A DNA stretch of 64,000 nucleotides. It comes from Bugula neritina (lineage: Eukaryota > Animalia > Bryozoa). Numbering within the stretch: position 1 is the first letter of the stretch; each line of letters opens with the position of its first letter. Under the pieces are notes generated by a model that worked only from the letters and a program-made list of their open reading frames with translations, did no database searches and had not been told where the DNA came from. The DNA lies in NCBI GenBank assembly GCA_964035545.1, contig OZ037767.1, positions 11,356,581 to 11,420,580 on the forward strand, written 5' to 3'. Shown here in pieces: positions 1 through 43,800 of this stretch. The position numbers and the translations under genes were made by a program.

Positions 1-817
1 GATATAATGAACAAGTAACTAATTAGCAACTATATAAAACATTACTGTATTATTGATTATCAAATAATAATTCACACTTAAAAATTGCATTTTAGCAATC
101 AACAATTAATATATTATTTAACAATTACAGAAACTTACAATCAACATTTAAATTATTATTTTAAACAGAACTGCTTGGATGTAGCTTACTCAATATTTTA
201 CGCAAGTAAAATAGAAAAGTGTATTATTACTGTATTTTAAAATAGATTGCTTAAGCTAATTTTTAGTCAATTTATTCTTTTTCTTTTAGGAAAAAATATT
301 TGGGGCTTTAAATTAAGTCTAGAAACTTTTATTACCTGTGATTTTAATCTAGCTATAATTTTTTTATAAACTGCTTTTACCAGTTCTACTATTTTGTGAT
401 TTTCTTAGGCTACTTACTTATTTTTACTGTGATTTGCTAGTTTATTAAGTTTGATTAGACAATTACAAAAGTTCTAGTTTATTACTCTCAAAATCCAAAC
501 AGAAATGCTTAACTTGGAGAGCATAAAAAAAGTTTTATGTTGAAACACAAGTGATCCGAACAAAAATTAATCACATAACTATCTGTGCGTTATTTACTTA
601 AAGGAATGAAAAAACCTAACGCTTAAAAGAAGATACCGCAAACTGAAAATATCTTAAAATCTAGCTTACTAAATAAATGCCCACACACATGGTTTAGTTA
701 TTTATTTCAATTGGTTGTTATGAACACAATAGTGACTCATGACTGTTGTACATTTTCCGATGCAAATTCTACTGCAATTAGCAGTTCGCTAAGACGTAGA
801 ACTTTTGGTGCTTTCAG

Positions 818-969
818 AGAATCAGAAGAACACCCCCTCACCAGAACAACCTGCAAACTCACTTTTGGTGATAATATCAGCTGGGGCTGGTATTATGCTC
901 ATCATTCTCCTCAGTATTGTTATCCTATGCTACAAGAAACCATCTCGTTCTAAACCTCTGCCTAAGTAA
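818..969 (+). CDS. Terminal coding exon of an upstream type I membrane protein (TM helix + short basic tail); the rest of the gene lies before the window
   Basis: Acceptor ctttcag at 811-817. Read in phase 1 it gives xNQKNTPSPEQPANSLLVIISAGAGIMLIILLSIVILCYKKPSRSKPLPK* (TAA 967-969): a ~23-aa hydrophobic stretch followed by CYKK. The ORF track shows a different frame. Confidence 0.75.
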
Positions 970-2219
970 ACTAATTAACATTCATAGCAAAGCAGCCATG
1001 AACTGAGCTCATATTAGACTAATATTTGTACGCAATCTGCTACACTGATCTGCTTAGCGAAGAAAGCAAACTATTCATCTTATGTTTTACAAGTTACAAA
1101 TGTCTAACTCTTATTTTTCTCAGTTTTAATCAGCAAAGTTATAATACGCATAACACTATGCAAAAGTAGTTTTTGTGTAGAGTTCACTTGCACCTTCTTG
1201 TAATCGATTTGATTTAGTTTTACTCAACCTAATTTTAGTGTGTAAATATTTTTTGCTGTAAACACATCATATATGCTCCCCCTTTAGTTTTATTTTACAT
1301 ATGGTGTTTTTAGTGGTTTTATTTTAAATATAAGAGATGATCGTAATCAGAAAAAAATCTTATTACTTTGATTTTCACTCTGCATGATCTTCAATTATAA
1401 ACACTGTATATTAACCAAGTAAACTTTATATAGTATAAAGTTTATGTAATCAGCAAAGCATCACTTAGCAATAGAATTTGATGTATTCAAAACAACCATC
1501 CTTGTCCAAAGTAATTGTTCATAAATAACAGTTTGTTTATTGCCATAAAACATGATTTGGTGTCATACAAGTATAGTAAAGGTTCAACACCATATGTGAC
1601 AAAGGAAGGCTGTCTTACCCAATAATATCATTTAAAATGTTATTTGTAGCATGTGGCAGTCAGTTAAAAGCTGTTTTATTTTCATTTTAATTACATACTA
1701 ATAGAAACACATCTTTTATATAATATTTCTATCAAAAATCAGGAACAGATCTCAAAATTTTGAGGATTCTTGTAAAAGTTAGATAAGTTTATTATATTGG
1801 AACAAAGTTGACATTTGAAAGAAATATTTTTTACGAAAAATGAAGTTTACATTATCTTATTTTAAATTGATAGCATAGTTTATCATTTCTCCACATGGAG
1901 TAATGCAATATAAATTCACAGCTTAACATTGAGACTCGGCCTATACACTAAACATAGTACTAAATGTGGAATTAGTATAACTAGCAGGACAGTAATACTA
2001 AACGTATAATATTTTAATGCATATACAAACGCTTACTATATTTCTTGTTAAACTATATTATTTCACTTATTTAAAAAAAACATCACTTTTAATTTTGCAG
2101 CTGATTCTTTAAAAACTGCATGATACAGCAGCTGGTTTGATAGTTCCGGATGTACCAATACTTAGATATTAAATCTTTGTACTATTAGCAGAAATATTGT
2201 TTAGTCTACATCAAAACTC

Positions 2220-5200
2220 TTACATAAAGTGATAAAGTACGAGAAACATGAAACTGATATTGAAGATGTTGCCAGCTTTACTAAATGCATGCAGATCAAT
2301 ATTGTCTGCTATTTCTTCAAGTCCAGCTTCTGTATTTGTGGCATCTTCAAAATCAACAGTGGTTTTAGTATCAGCTCTGGTATTTGTCGCATCCTTAGAA
2401 TCAACAGTGGATTCAGTGTCAGTTGTTGTAACAATTGGCTCTGCTGTTGTCTGGTAACATCCCTTGATACTAATATCATCGAGAGCGAAGTACCCTAATG
2501 CATCCGAATCTCTTTCACCAACAAACAGCAGCTGTAAGAGAATGACAATCAGCTAGGAGGCATAGGGCTATGGTTATTTAAGGTGGCTCTTGAAAACTAG
2601 CATGTACCACTAACACTGTAAACTGACATCACAGAAGTACTTAAGCAATTGTTTTCCTTTTCATGGACAATAATACTTACTCTGGTTAGATGGCTGACAA
2701 TGATAACCTCACTAACTTTAGACCATTTGTTCTGGTTGCTTGTGTCAACTGCCCACAATGCATCATCATATCCTTCCTGCATTAATTTCAAGTTTGTCCC
2801 ATCGCTAGAACCATGTGAGTAGTACCAAAACTCTACAATAATGCAGCCACTGGTTGGCCAAAACCATGCGGAAGCCAATATACTTCGAACATTAGGCTAA
2901 AATAGAAATAATACATGTGCATGTGCGTGGGCATATGTAAATAAGAAAATAAATAAATAAAAAGATAAATGGATACTTCTTGTTTGATTTCTCTCAAATT
3001 ATTATAACAGCAAGCAAATAAATACCATATAAGCAATTAACTCATTATGGCGCAATTATTCTATAAGCAAGAGTTTTGAAAACACTACAATGTCACATTC
3101 TAGCCTATTGATGAACTAACCAACATTCCATGTAACAGTGTTCAATTATACAATACGCATTTGGAACCCTTCCCTTTTGCACCCTACACACTTTTCAAGG
3201 AACTTTTTACATGGTGTATAAAAGCTTTAATTTTTAATTCAATAATATAAAATATATCACTGCCAGACTTATTTTAGACTCACAATTGAAGAGTTTAGCG
3301 TCTCTGTAAAGATGTAGCGTCTTTCATCTGCTCCAGAAGTATGATCAACTGATGGCTCAGCAGACATTAGAGTACTTTCAAGGTCTGCTGTTCCTTGTCC
3401 CAGTAGCCAATCAGATTGCGACTTGTAGTAGGAGCTGTCAAACCCACACAGACTGTTGTTCTGAAACCAGTAATAGTAGACTGTAATAGTACACCAGAAA
3501 TAATAAACTGATATTTTGTGATAAGAGTTGTATTTAAGCTTTGTTGTACTTCGATGACAACATATTCTCTGTCTTCTATTGTGCTTTAATGTCAACTTAA
3601 TGATAATAAGTATAGAAAACAACTGAGTTGATAAACACAAGGTCAGTGATTTGAATCTTAGGAAAGGCCTTTGATGATGTTAGAAAAGGGTTAAATCATA
3701 ACTGCTCTTTTGCCACAATAGAAAGCAAGTTTAACAAACCCTTTCTATAAGGGTGATTTCTCACTAGGATTGCAACTATAAACTTATAATTTTACTGAAA
3801 CTTGAAGCTTACTTCAAAAGTGCACATCTGTGGAAGACCATAAGACTGAGCCAATGTTGGTGAGGGTTTCGCGTTTCCTTTTCTAACCAATATTATTTCA
3901 TCTATGGCTATATCTCCTTGAGGGCCAGTCCCTATTTCTGTCTCAAACACGATCTAATTGAATGTGCAAACATCTGATTACAAGTATTTATTAGTAGCTA
4001 GCACTGGTTCTAATTTTATTGGTGTTTTGCTTATGCAATGTGTAAGCATCATCAAAACCATTAAGTCTCAAATAAGGCAATAAATATGACAGTACAGTAA
4101 ATATCTTTACAGCTAAAAAGCAACTGAAACAATGGCTGAATGCAAAAAGTTATAATATAACTACATAACTATGGTCAAAGTTAAGCTGATATGTCTTTCT
4201 AAATTGGCGGTTAAGGAAGAGTACCTTGATTACGTCAAACACGAAAGCTTCAAGCTGTAGACATTTTTTTTACTAATAATCAAACTTTACCTGGAATGCT
4301 TTCTCATCATGTACATCTATTATAACACTCTCCCAGCTATCTGAAGTAGAGTTAAATCTTCCGGAAAAGTGCCACACTCTTCTGTAGTAGAGAGAATTTT
4401 CAGCTAAGACATAGACAGTCAATGTCCCTATATCTCTCCCTTTAGCATGGTAATAAAACTCCAGACTAAATGTGCCTCCTTGTAAAAATGGGGTTAGGAA
4501 TCTAGCTCTATCATTTGTAACCTGCAATAATATTACAAGTTGGTCGTCATATGTTTCTCTGTTTCACAATATGCTATAAGTTATATCTTTACGGGCTAGT
4601 AACTCCATTAAAATAAATAAACATAAAACTCTTTTTGGTTGCTACTTTATTATACGTACCTAAATAAACATATGTTGTATATTACTTTTATTTAGTATTA
4701 GCCTGCATATACACGACTTTCAATTTTGTTACGTATTATGGTGACATGTGACATGTCATTTTAGAGCAATAATACAATAGTTCTTTACATTAATTATTCA
4801 TCTTATTATACTATATATGAATAATGCCACGCTCCCTATCATGCATTTATGTACAATGCAGACGCAATAGGAATTTCCAGATTATTGTTTTAACTTATCT
4901 AGATTAGCTAGAAATAATAATAAATTTTATATCATTATTATAAAATTTACAGTCTATTGCAGTAAACTATAAAGTTCTTATAGTTATAACTTTTTAAAAA
5001 TTTCCATTGTCTAAAAACATATAGTGCTGTCTTTATTAAAGTTGATTGTAGAGCTGTGCGGTGCGTGAGGACTTGGTTAAAGAACTTATTACTTTGGCTC
5101 AAAGGATCATGGAAGTGAAAAGTGACCAAAGTAATAAGTTCCATATGATCAAATCCTTATATACCACACAGTTCTACAACCAACTCTAATAGAAACATCA

Positions 5201-6564
5201 CAATGTTTTTAGACAATGAATATTCTTAAAAAGTCAGCACACTGTATACTAAGTGACATCGTTTAAGCGCATTTTACTGATATGCTTATAGCAAGTTCCT
5301 CACCGCTGGCTCTGAGCTGTCTACATACAAGTAGTATCCCTTTATGAAGCCTGAGACAGCATCATCAGCTGGACCAGTGTTATCTGTGTCTGTTGGACCA
5401 CTCCCTAATGTCCAATGATTTGCTCGATCTTTAGGGTGTGCATCCTCCTCCGTCTTGGAACACATGTCATTTTTTCCGAATTGACAAACAAAATAATCTA
5501 GACCTACAAATAAATACTATTGTTGATTTTAAAAAAAGATAGTCATTCGAATTTTAATTAATTATGCTAATTATGTTTTGCAAGTAGTGCTAAATATTTT
5601 TGAGTGTAGCAACAAGCAGGTTGATTTACTTTTTACTCAGTGTATATATACTCGTACTTATAAAAGTAACTAGTAAGTCAATAAATTTTAGTTGTAAAAA
5701 ATTTGAGTTTTGTTTGTATTGCAAGCACATGGGTTAAACTCAGTAAAAGCTACACGAGGTCTAGTTAAAAACTATTCTGTTATAATAAGGCTTTCTTGGA
5801 GTAAGCATATTATGATCTTTTAAAATTGTGATTTAAGATATTTGCAGGTTTTTATTTTCTTTGTCAAAGAAATTATGTTAAGAAAATCATACAAAATTTA
5901 CAAAATTTACAAAACAGTTGAATAACTGGCCATAAACTCAATTACTCACTAAAATAATGTACACATAAGCTATTGATAGCCTATATTTGCCGGGGAGAAT
6001 AACCCTGGCTGTTTGCCAAAATTTGAATAAACGTATATGTTAGCTTTTTGCAGCTTGTTCAGCTATGTTTTTAGCTTTTTGTTATGTTATTTTTTAATGT
6101 ATTATAAGTGTTAGTAGTTCACTTGCCAGGAGGACATTCTAAAGAGCTGCCTGATGTTTGTAAGTGGCATTATAATGTTGAAGTTTTCGTTTTTTGTTGA
6201 TAATAATTGAAAGTTATTTATGTATGTATTTTTGTGCAAGATGCAACAATTTTTGATATTTTGGGAGAGTACGAGACAATAACTTCTAAGATTCAGAATG
6301 TTGCTGATCCATGCTTGTTGCTATCCTACTCACTAAGTATAATAATGTATAACAAAAAATTTCATTCATAACAATGTTATAATTTATTAGTTTTACTATT
6401 TGTTTCTAGGCTACTCTAACAAATTGGAATTATTTATATTAATATAATTAAAAGCATTAAAGTAATAAATTGTGTTATAATTAAAACAAACCAGAAGCTG
6501 CTGTTGGTGTAAGAAGGTTCAGAATTGCCAGCAATATCTGACAAACCGTCGAACTTAGCAACAT
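2220..6564 (-). CDS. Secreted, probably GPI-anchored protein with two MAM domains and a Thr-rich stalk (~449 aa, 7 coding exons)
   Basis: Exons 6564-6492, 5503-5304, 4521-4291, 3953-3813, 3460-3284, 2896-2681 and 2531-2220, all GT-AG and phase-consistent. Signal peptide MLLSSTVCQILLAILNLLTPTAAS. MAM motifs: CQF..., W..GSGPT....TGP..D, GYYLYVDSS, LEFYYH..G..IG.L.V, GDIAIDEI; second repeat CTFE...CGF, P.VDHT, VEFWYY, GYFALDDISI..C. Hydrophobic C-terminus ISFMFLVLYHFM* with no cytoplasmic tail. Confidence 0.88.
3640..3790 (+). mobile_element. Degenerate copy of the tRNA-derived SINE family best seen at 59114
   Basis: Shares motifs (tgatgttagaaaaggg..., aaaccctttct..., atttctcac..., actataaactt) with 59114-59330. 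Confidence 0.55.
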
Positions 6565-6845
6565 TTTGACTTTCAGATCTGTTAAGCGGGAAATACAATC
6601 ATTTTGAGAATTTGCAAGCAAAACTAAGACTCAGTAAAATAAAAACCATTAGTTGATAAATCTTAATAATGTAATAGTTTTCGAATTTCTCAAATTTTAC
6701 ACATTTTAGTGGAAGTGTAAATGAAACCATAATTATACTAAATTTGGGTTATGTTTTATATATAAGCTTAAATTAAGAGCCTAGTGTAAACTTAAGCTGG
6801 TTATTTCTTGTGTTCATGTGTGTTAGTGTTGGTTTTGGTGTTGGT

Positions 6846-6884
6846 TTTGGTTTTGGTGTGTGTGTGTGTGTGTGTGTGTGGGTG

Positions 6885-6915
<31 letters not shown>

Positions 6916-6949
6916 GTGTGTGGTGTGTGGTGTGTGGTGTGTGGTGTGT

Positions 6950-7009
<60 letters not shown>
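6846..7009. repeat. (GT)n / (GTGTGGT)n microsatellite
   Basis: Directly visible; it generates the spurious HT/VC ORFs. Confidence 0.97.
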
Positions 7010-7011
<2 letters not shown>

Positions 7012-7895
7012 AGCACACACATAAACTACTCCTTCCCTATAATTTATACAGTTATGCATGAGAACTGCATAGTCTCTTTACATGGAAAGAAAAATAACAA
7101 GGGGGGGGGAAATTATAGATTGTGAATTTTAGAGTACCAGCTTCAAAGTGGAAGTTGATACTTTAGTTTCATAATATTATAGATAATTTCTATGGATGAT
7201 GCCATTACATTTGACTGCTGACAACTCAATATTTCTCTGTAAGTCACTATGGGCAGAGGCTTGTTAAATATTTTATAATTATAGAAACTCAGTATGTATT
7301 TCTGCAATATTATAGGAACATAAATATTTTGCCGATTCATGGCAAAATCTTCTCTGTTTAGTAAGAATAATGTAATACCTGGACATAAAGAGTCAAAGCC
7401 AACAATGAGCAGGATATGTACCAAAATACTTTAAAAGTATTAGAGTCAAAGTTTGAATCGACACAGTTTGCAGATTATATTGAAATTGTTTACTTAATTA
7501 TTGCTACAATGACAAAAAGCCTGCAACAAGTTAAGGTTTTTAAAAAAAAAATCACTAATAGTTTTAATTTAAGATGATTTACCAAATATTAGTTAAATGA
7601 TTATTAAAAAGTTGGCTTTAGGCAATACAATCTATTTGAACAAAATCAGAAAGATGGAATTATTTTCAGGTATTAATTTGGTATTGAAGATATAAAATAT
7701 GATAATATATAATATGCATTATATTACATTTTTAGTTTGTCATTGTGTTAAACAAAGAACAGCAAATAACATTGTGCATGTTGCTTGAGGCAAGATATAA
7801 TTATATCTAACCAACTCAAGTATTGCTAACATTTATATATGAACCAACTCAGTTGATAAAACTGATATATAAAGCAAGGAGCTATAAAATTAAGA

Positions 7896-39060
<31,165 letters not shown>

Positions 39061-40877
39061 GGATTCACACTGTGAGGACTGCAACAGACTATATTCTCTA
39101 GGCTACACTAGGCTAGCCTTCTAGACGTTATACAATTGTTTGGGATAGCATCAAACATAACAATAAGTTTGAATATAACCAAATGTTTTTCTATTGAATA
39201 TTTCTTTTCAATTCTGTGGTTTATAAATATATGATTAATAGTGGTATATAACATATATTAACTGTCTAGCATTATAGTGTGTTTACCTTTTTAGAAGAAA
39301 AGTGCATAAATCTTTCAACTCATAAAATCCTAAAAACTGAGAAAACCATCTTGGCTTCATGTGCTGTTATAATCTATAGACATTATACAACTGCAATTGC
39401 TGCAAATATATCAAATATGCTTTTATTTTATTTCTTTGCAATTTTCTCGTGAAGCAGGAGCAAACAAGGTCAGATTGGTGAGTTGGTGTGAGTGCACCAA
39501 TTAGCATATAATATGAAGTATGGAAGCATTAATTGTGTTTTTTCATTCATAAAACATTGTGCATGCAAGGTATGTTTAGAAAATGAATTACAACTCGTAT
39601 TTAAGAATATTGTCTTACATTCCAACACTATTGGTATGTGTCAATACTTTTGATTGAGTTTTGATAGTTTTTTGTGTTGATAACTTGACTGCAAAATACT
39701 TTGAAAATGCTGAAGGTAATGACTGCCTAAGAATACATACATGCAGCTATATATACTATTTCTATGTATGCACAATAACATGGATTTGTTTAATTTTAGT
39801 ATGCACTTATATTTGCATTAATAAATACAATAATTGGTTTCATTAATTTTATTTCAAAAACTTCAATAGGTAAAGTTTCAAAATGCTAATAAATTAGCCA
39901 AAATTTTCTTCAGCTAACAAAAGGGTATTTGTTCACAAGTTTCCTTTTCCTTTATTCTGGTGTGTTGATTCTCTGCTAGTTGTGCTCACTCATTTCTATT
40001 TTCGATTTAAAGTTTTAACTCCTACAAGAAGTAGAGAAGTAAAACAATACCATAATTTAGATTTATCCCCTATTTCCAGCTTTGCTGCTTAGACAAAATA
40101 TTTGCAAAGAAATTATGATCTCGAAATATTCAGTGTTTATAAGCTATTTCAGCTTCGCATACTTATATATTTGTTGCACTAATAAATAATATTACATAGG
40201 TTGATTATACGATTGCATAAACTTTATTACTAATAACAGTGCTAGGGTTTCAATTAGACTGTATAATATAGTCATTTATTTAATTATTATATTTAGTTGT
40301 TTTAAAAGTGTTTTTGTAAAATTATTTCTTTTTGAAGTTTAATGTATTTTTACATTTTTGTGGAATAGTTAGCCAAGAGTTTTTCTGTTAGGTCTGCAGT
40401 TATGTTTATTAAACCCAATTTGTTTAGTATATAGAGAGAAAAGCATATAATACATAAAAATTATGACACGTATTATTTGAATTTGAAGATGTAATTGAAA
40501 AGTTGACTTTATAGTGTGATTAATGCTGAAAAAGAGACTTGGGACTTTGGTTTACTCGTAAAACTCGTGAGCTGTAACATTATCAAAAATGAAAAAATGA
40601 AAAACTTTTTTTTATTTACCACTTTATTTATTTAAATAAATAATGCTTACTTTACTTATTCATATTATAAACAAAGTGGTGAATAAAAAATCATTGTCTA
40701 TTTTTAGAAAATGTGTTTCAATAAGATTGTGATACAGCGTAACTGTATAATAATATGCTATTATAACATTCAATGGTAGAAATCTCAAACTTTGTTTTAA
40801 ATTAAAGATATTTGTTTTGATTTGCAAAATGAATAAAAAATTTACAAAATCCAGAATAAAAAATTGTCTTAAAGCCA

Positions 40878-43800
40878 TTAATTTACACTTCTGTTTTTTT
40901 TAAACAGCCACTTTTCATCTCCAAGTAAAGCAGCCAGTCTTTTGTTGTAAGGTTTAAAGAAATCATCAAGTAATTCCAGAGTTGATTTGAAAACAGAGTT
41001 CTTGTTTCCTACGTTGGCTCTTTTCTTAATTTTTTCCTCAAGAGTCTTGTTCCCGATACTTAATTTAAAAAATTGAGACACTTCTTTTATTGTGAAAGTC
41101 TAAAATAAGACAAAAATAGTATATTACGTGAACAGAAATTTAAAACACCAGATATTTACCTTATATAATCTTATAGTCAATAATTAAGTTGACTTCATAA
41201 TCAGGGAATTTTTGATTATATCAAACAAATGCTTTTCATGTATATTTTAATAATAGCTAGGAAGAAAGCTGTTATATTTGTTCCATGAGCTTTCACTTTG
41301 TTTTATGAAGTTTGCTCATAATTACTGTTTTGCATGGCAGGGTGTTAAACAGTTTTCTCTTAAAGAATTATTTTAATTTATTTTGTATGATTTTATTATT
41401 TTTAGAATAATCTAGTATAATATTATAGAAAATTAGATGTTTACCGTCTTACTGTATTCGCTAGTAGTTTTAATCATAATTTGATCTCTGGGTATAAACT
41501 TGAATGTTTCCTCTAACATAATAATATAGAGACTGTGAAGAAGTAGTGACTGTAACATAGAAATAAAAGACCAGTTGAAAGATATTAGGCTAATATGTCC
41601 TTGAAATGCAAATTTTTTCAAAATATTCAAAATATTCAAATATTCAAAATATTTTAGGCTTGATGTGATTTAAATGTAGTTAACCAAAATTAGCTAGTAA
41701 GAATTGCAATTTATGCACTTTTCCAGTTATTCTGCGTCATGTATTTTGTACTCAAAGCAAGATGCATTCTGTTTTTTTTATAGTTAAACAATATTATTTA
41801 AATTACAATAAAATATAATTGTACATACACGAAACCGGGTTTTCCTATACACATAATTAGGACCTATAAACTTATAAGTAATGTTAATATACCTCCATTT
41901 TACCATCATGCGCGTCAGCCGAGTAAAAACAACCCAACTCGCCCAGTTTGTCTAAACATGCTTTGAGCTCTAGAAGGTTCCCTCGTATTACATTATCTAC
42001 GAAAGTGGCGTTCATTTGCTTAAGAGTTAACTTCTTATATACAAGGCCAAGTCCGTGCCAATGGAATAAATAAGAAATGGCTCTAGAATAGAAATATCAA
42101 CTGCTTATACAAATAAAGTCTCTACTTATGAAACTTTTATTTAATGTATGTTATATAGTATGTGGTTTCAGGTTCAAATCTTAGTAGGGGCAAAATTTTC
42201 ATACCTGTCAGCAACTTCATTCAAGAAAAATTGCTAAAAATATTGCATTATTTATTAAAATTTTAATTTATTTGATATATCTTTCACTATGTTCAATTGA
42301 TTGTGTCTGTTGCACAAACAATAAGTACCATGAAACAATAATGAGAGTTGTTTATCTTTGATTATCCGTTCAGTATCTGATTGGTACCACAAAAGATAAT
42401 GAGTGAGCAACTTGTTTCATAACTCTGGAAGCAAGCTCTGGCTTAAGCTTTTTTGCGAGCTGACAGTAAATTGTGCATTAACTTTGTACTTTGATGTTGA
42501 AAATTTTAGATTTAGTATTCTCATTTTAACTGCATGATAGATGATTAAACATGCCAAAGACAACACTTGCTTCTGCATAGAGTGTTGGTAGTAGCAATAT
42601 CTCAATCTTCAGTTACGAATTACTTTGGGAATTTGGGTTATGAGTTATTTAAGCCCATTTATTGAAATAATTTGAGTCATTATCAAATTGATGGTTTTGG
42701 TTTCCTAATTGTTAGAGTTTTGGCAATATTATATATTGTTGAGCTAGCTATTAACTGAAATGGTGTTACTGTTTGAGTGTGTGTTTTTTCTGTTCGAATG
42801 TGCTCATATCAATAGAGTTAAAGTAGGAAGTATTGTCATTTCCTACTTGGTTCACAGAAAGCTGGTGCTCACAAACTTACCTGTCTGTAGGATTTCTCAA
42901 CTGTATGTAAAACCTAGTGGACCTTGTAGCCATAAATCCCAACAGTTGTGTAGCTGTTATCACTTTTACATGAGTGTCATTAGACCATCGTCTTCTGTTT
43001 ATTGCTATATTCCCTAAATAATAAAAAAATTACATATTATACAACAAAAAGGCTCATCACATAATAAACATACAAAGTGCAAATGCAAACAAAAAATAGT
43101 TGAAAACTGAAACCATCAGTTAAAAGCATAGATTTTTTATCAATTTGAATTAAAATATATTTAGAGTAAAAACAGTACTAAAAGATGTAAACACCCAGAC
43201 TTCATTAGATATTAGATCAATAAAATTATGTTTATTGTCTTGATCAAAACTGTTTTTGTTTTTATATATTGCTTTCAATGTTGTTTTTAAAGATATTTTC
43301 ATAGGGCAAAGAATTGTTAAATAAATCTTACGCCTGAGCAAGCATCAAAGGAAGTTATTAGCGTAAGTGTGTCTCTTCAAGAGTTTAAAGTTATTTAAAT
43401 GACAATAATATATGCTTTTTGTAGTTTTTATATTTTATAACACATTTTCATCTTCATTATATATGAACTTAAAAATAACTTTTTTAAGGTTTCATTTCAC
43501 CCTGAAAGTCAATCACTCATCATACAAAACTTGGTCTCATATCAATAAATTGGCTGCTTTATACATTAAACTGGATACTGCTAGAAAGACCTATGCCGTA
43601 TACTGGCCTGGAGAACCACATATAATAATTTTTTGATAGAAGATGTTAGCTGACTGTTTGTAGAGGTAGCCCGAGAAAAAGGAGAACCTTTGTAACAAAT
43701 GTGGGTACACCTCAAGGTGATTGCCTTAACCCTACTCTCTTCACGCTATATCTTGAAAAAGCCTCCTGCTTGGTGAAAACCTCAAGCTAACCAGCAGCTC

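Noticed and set aside
6801-7125. His/Thr- and Cys/Val-rich ORFs (similarly at 11216-11528, 54866-55246, 61384-61626, 62782-63076)
   Set aside because: They are translations of microsatellites, with no coding signal.
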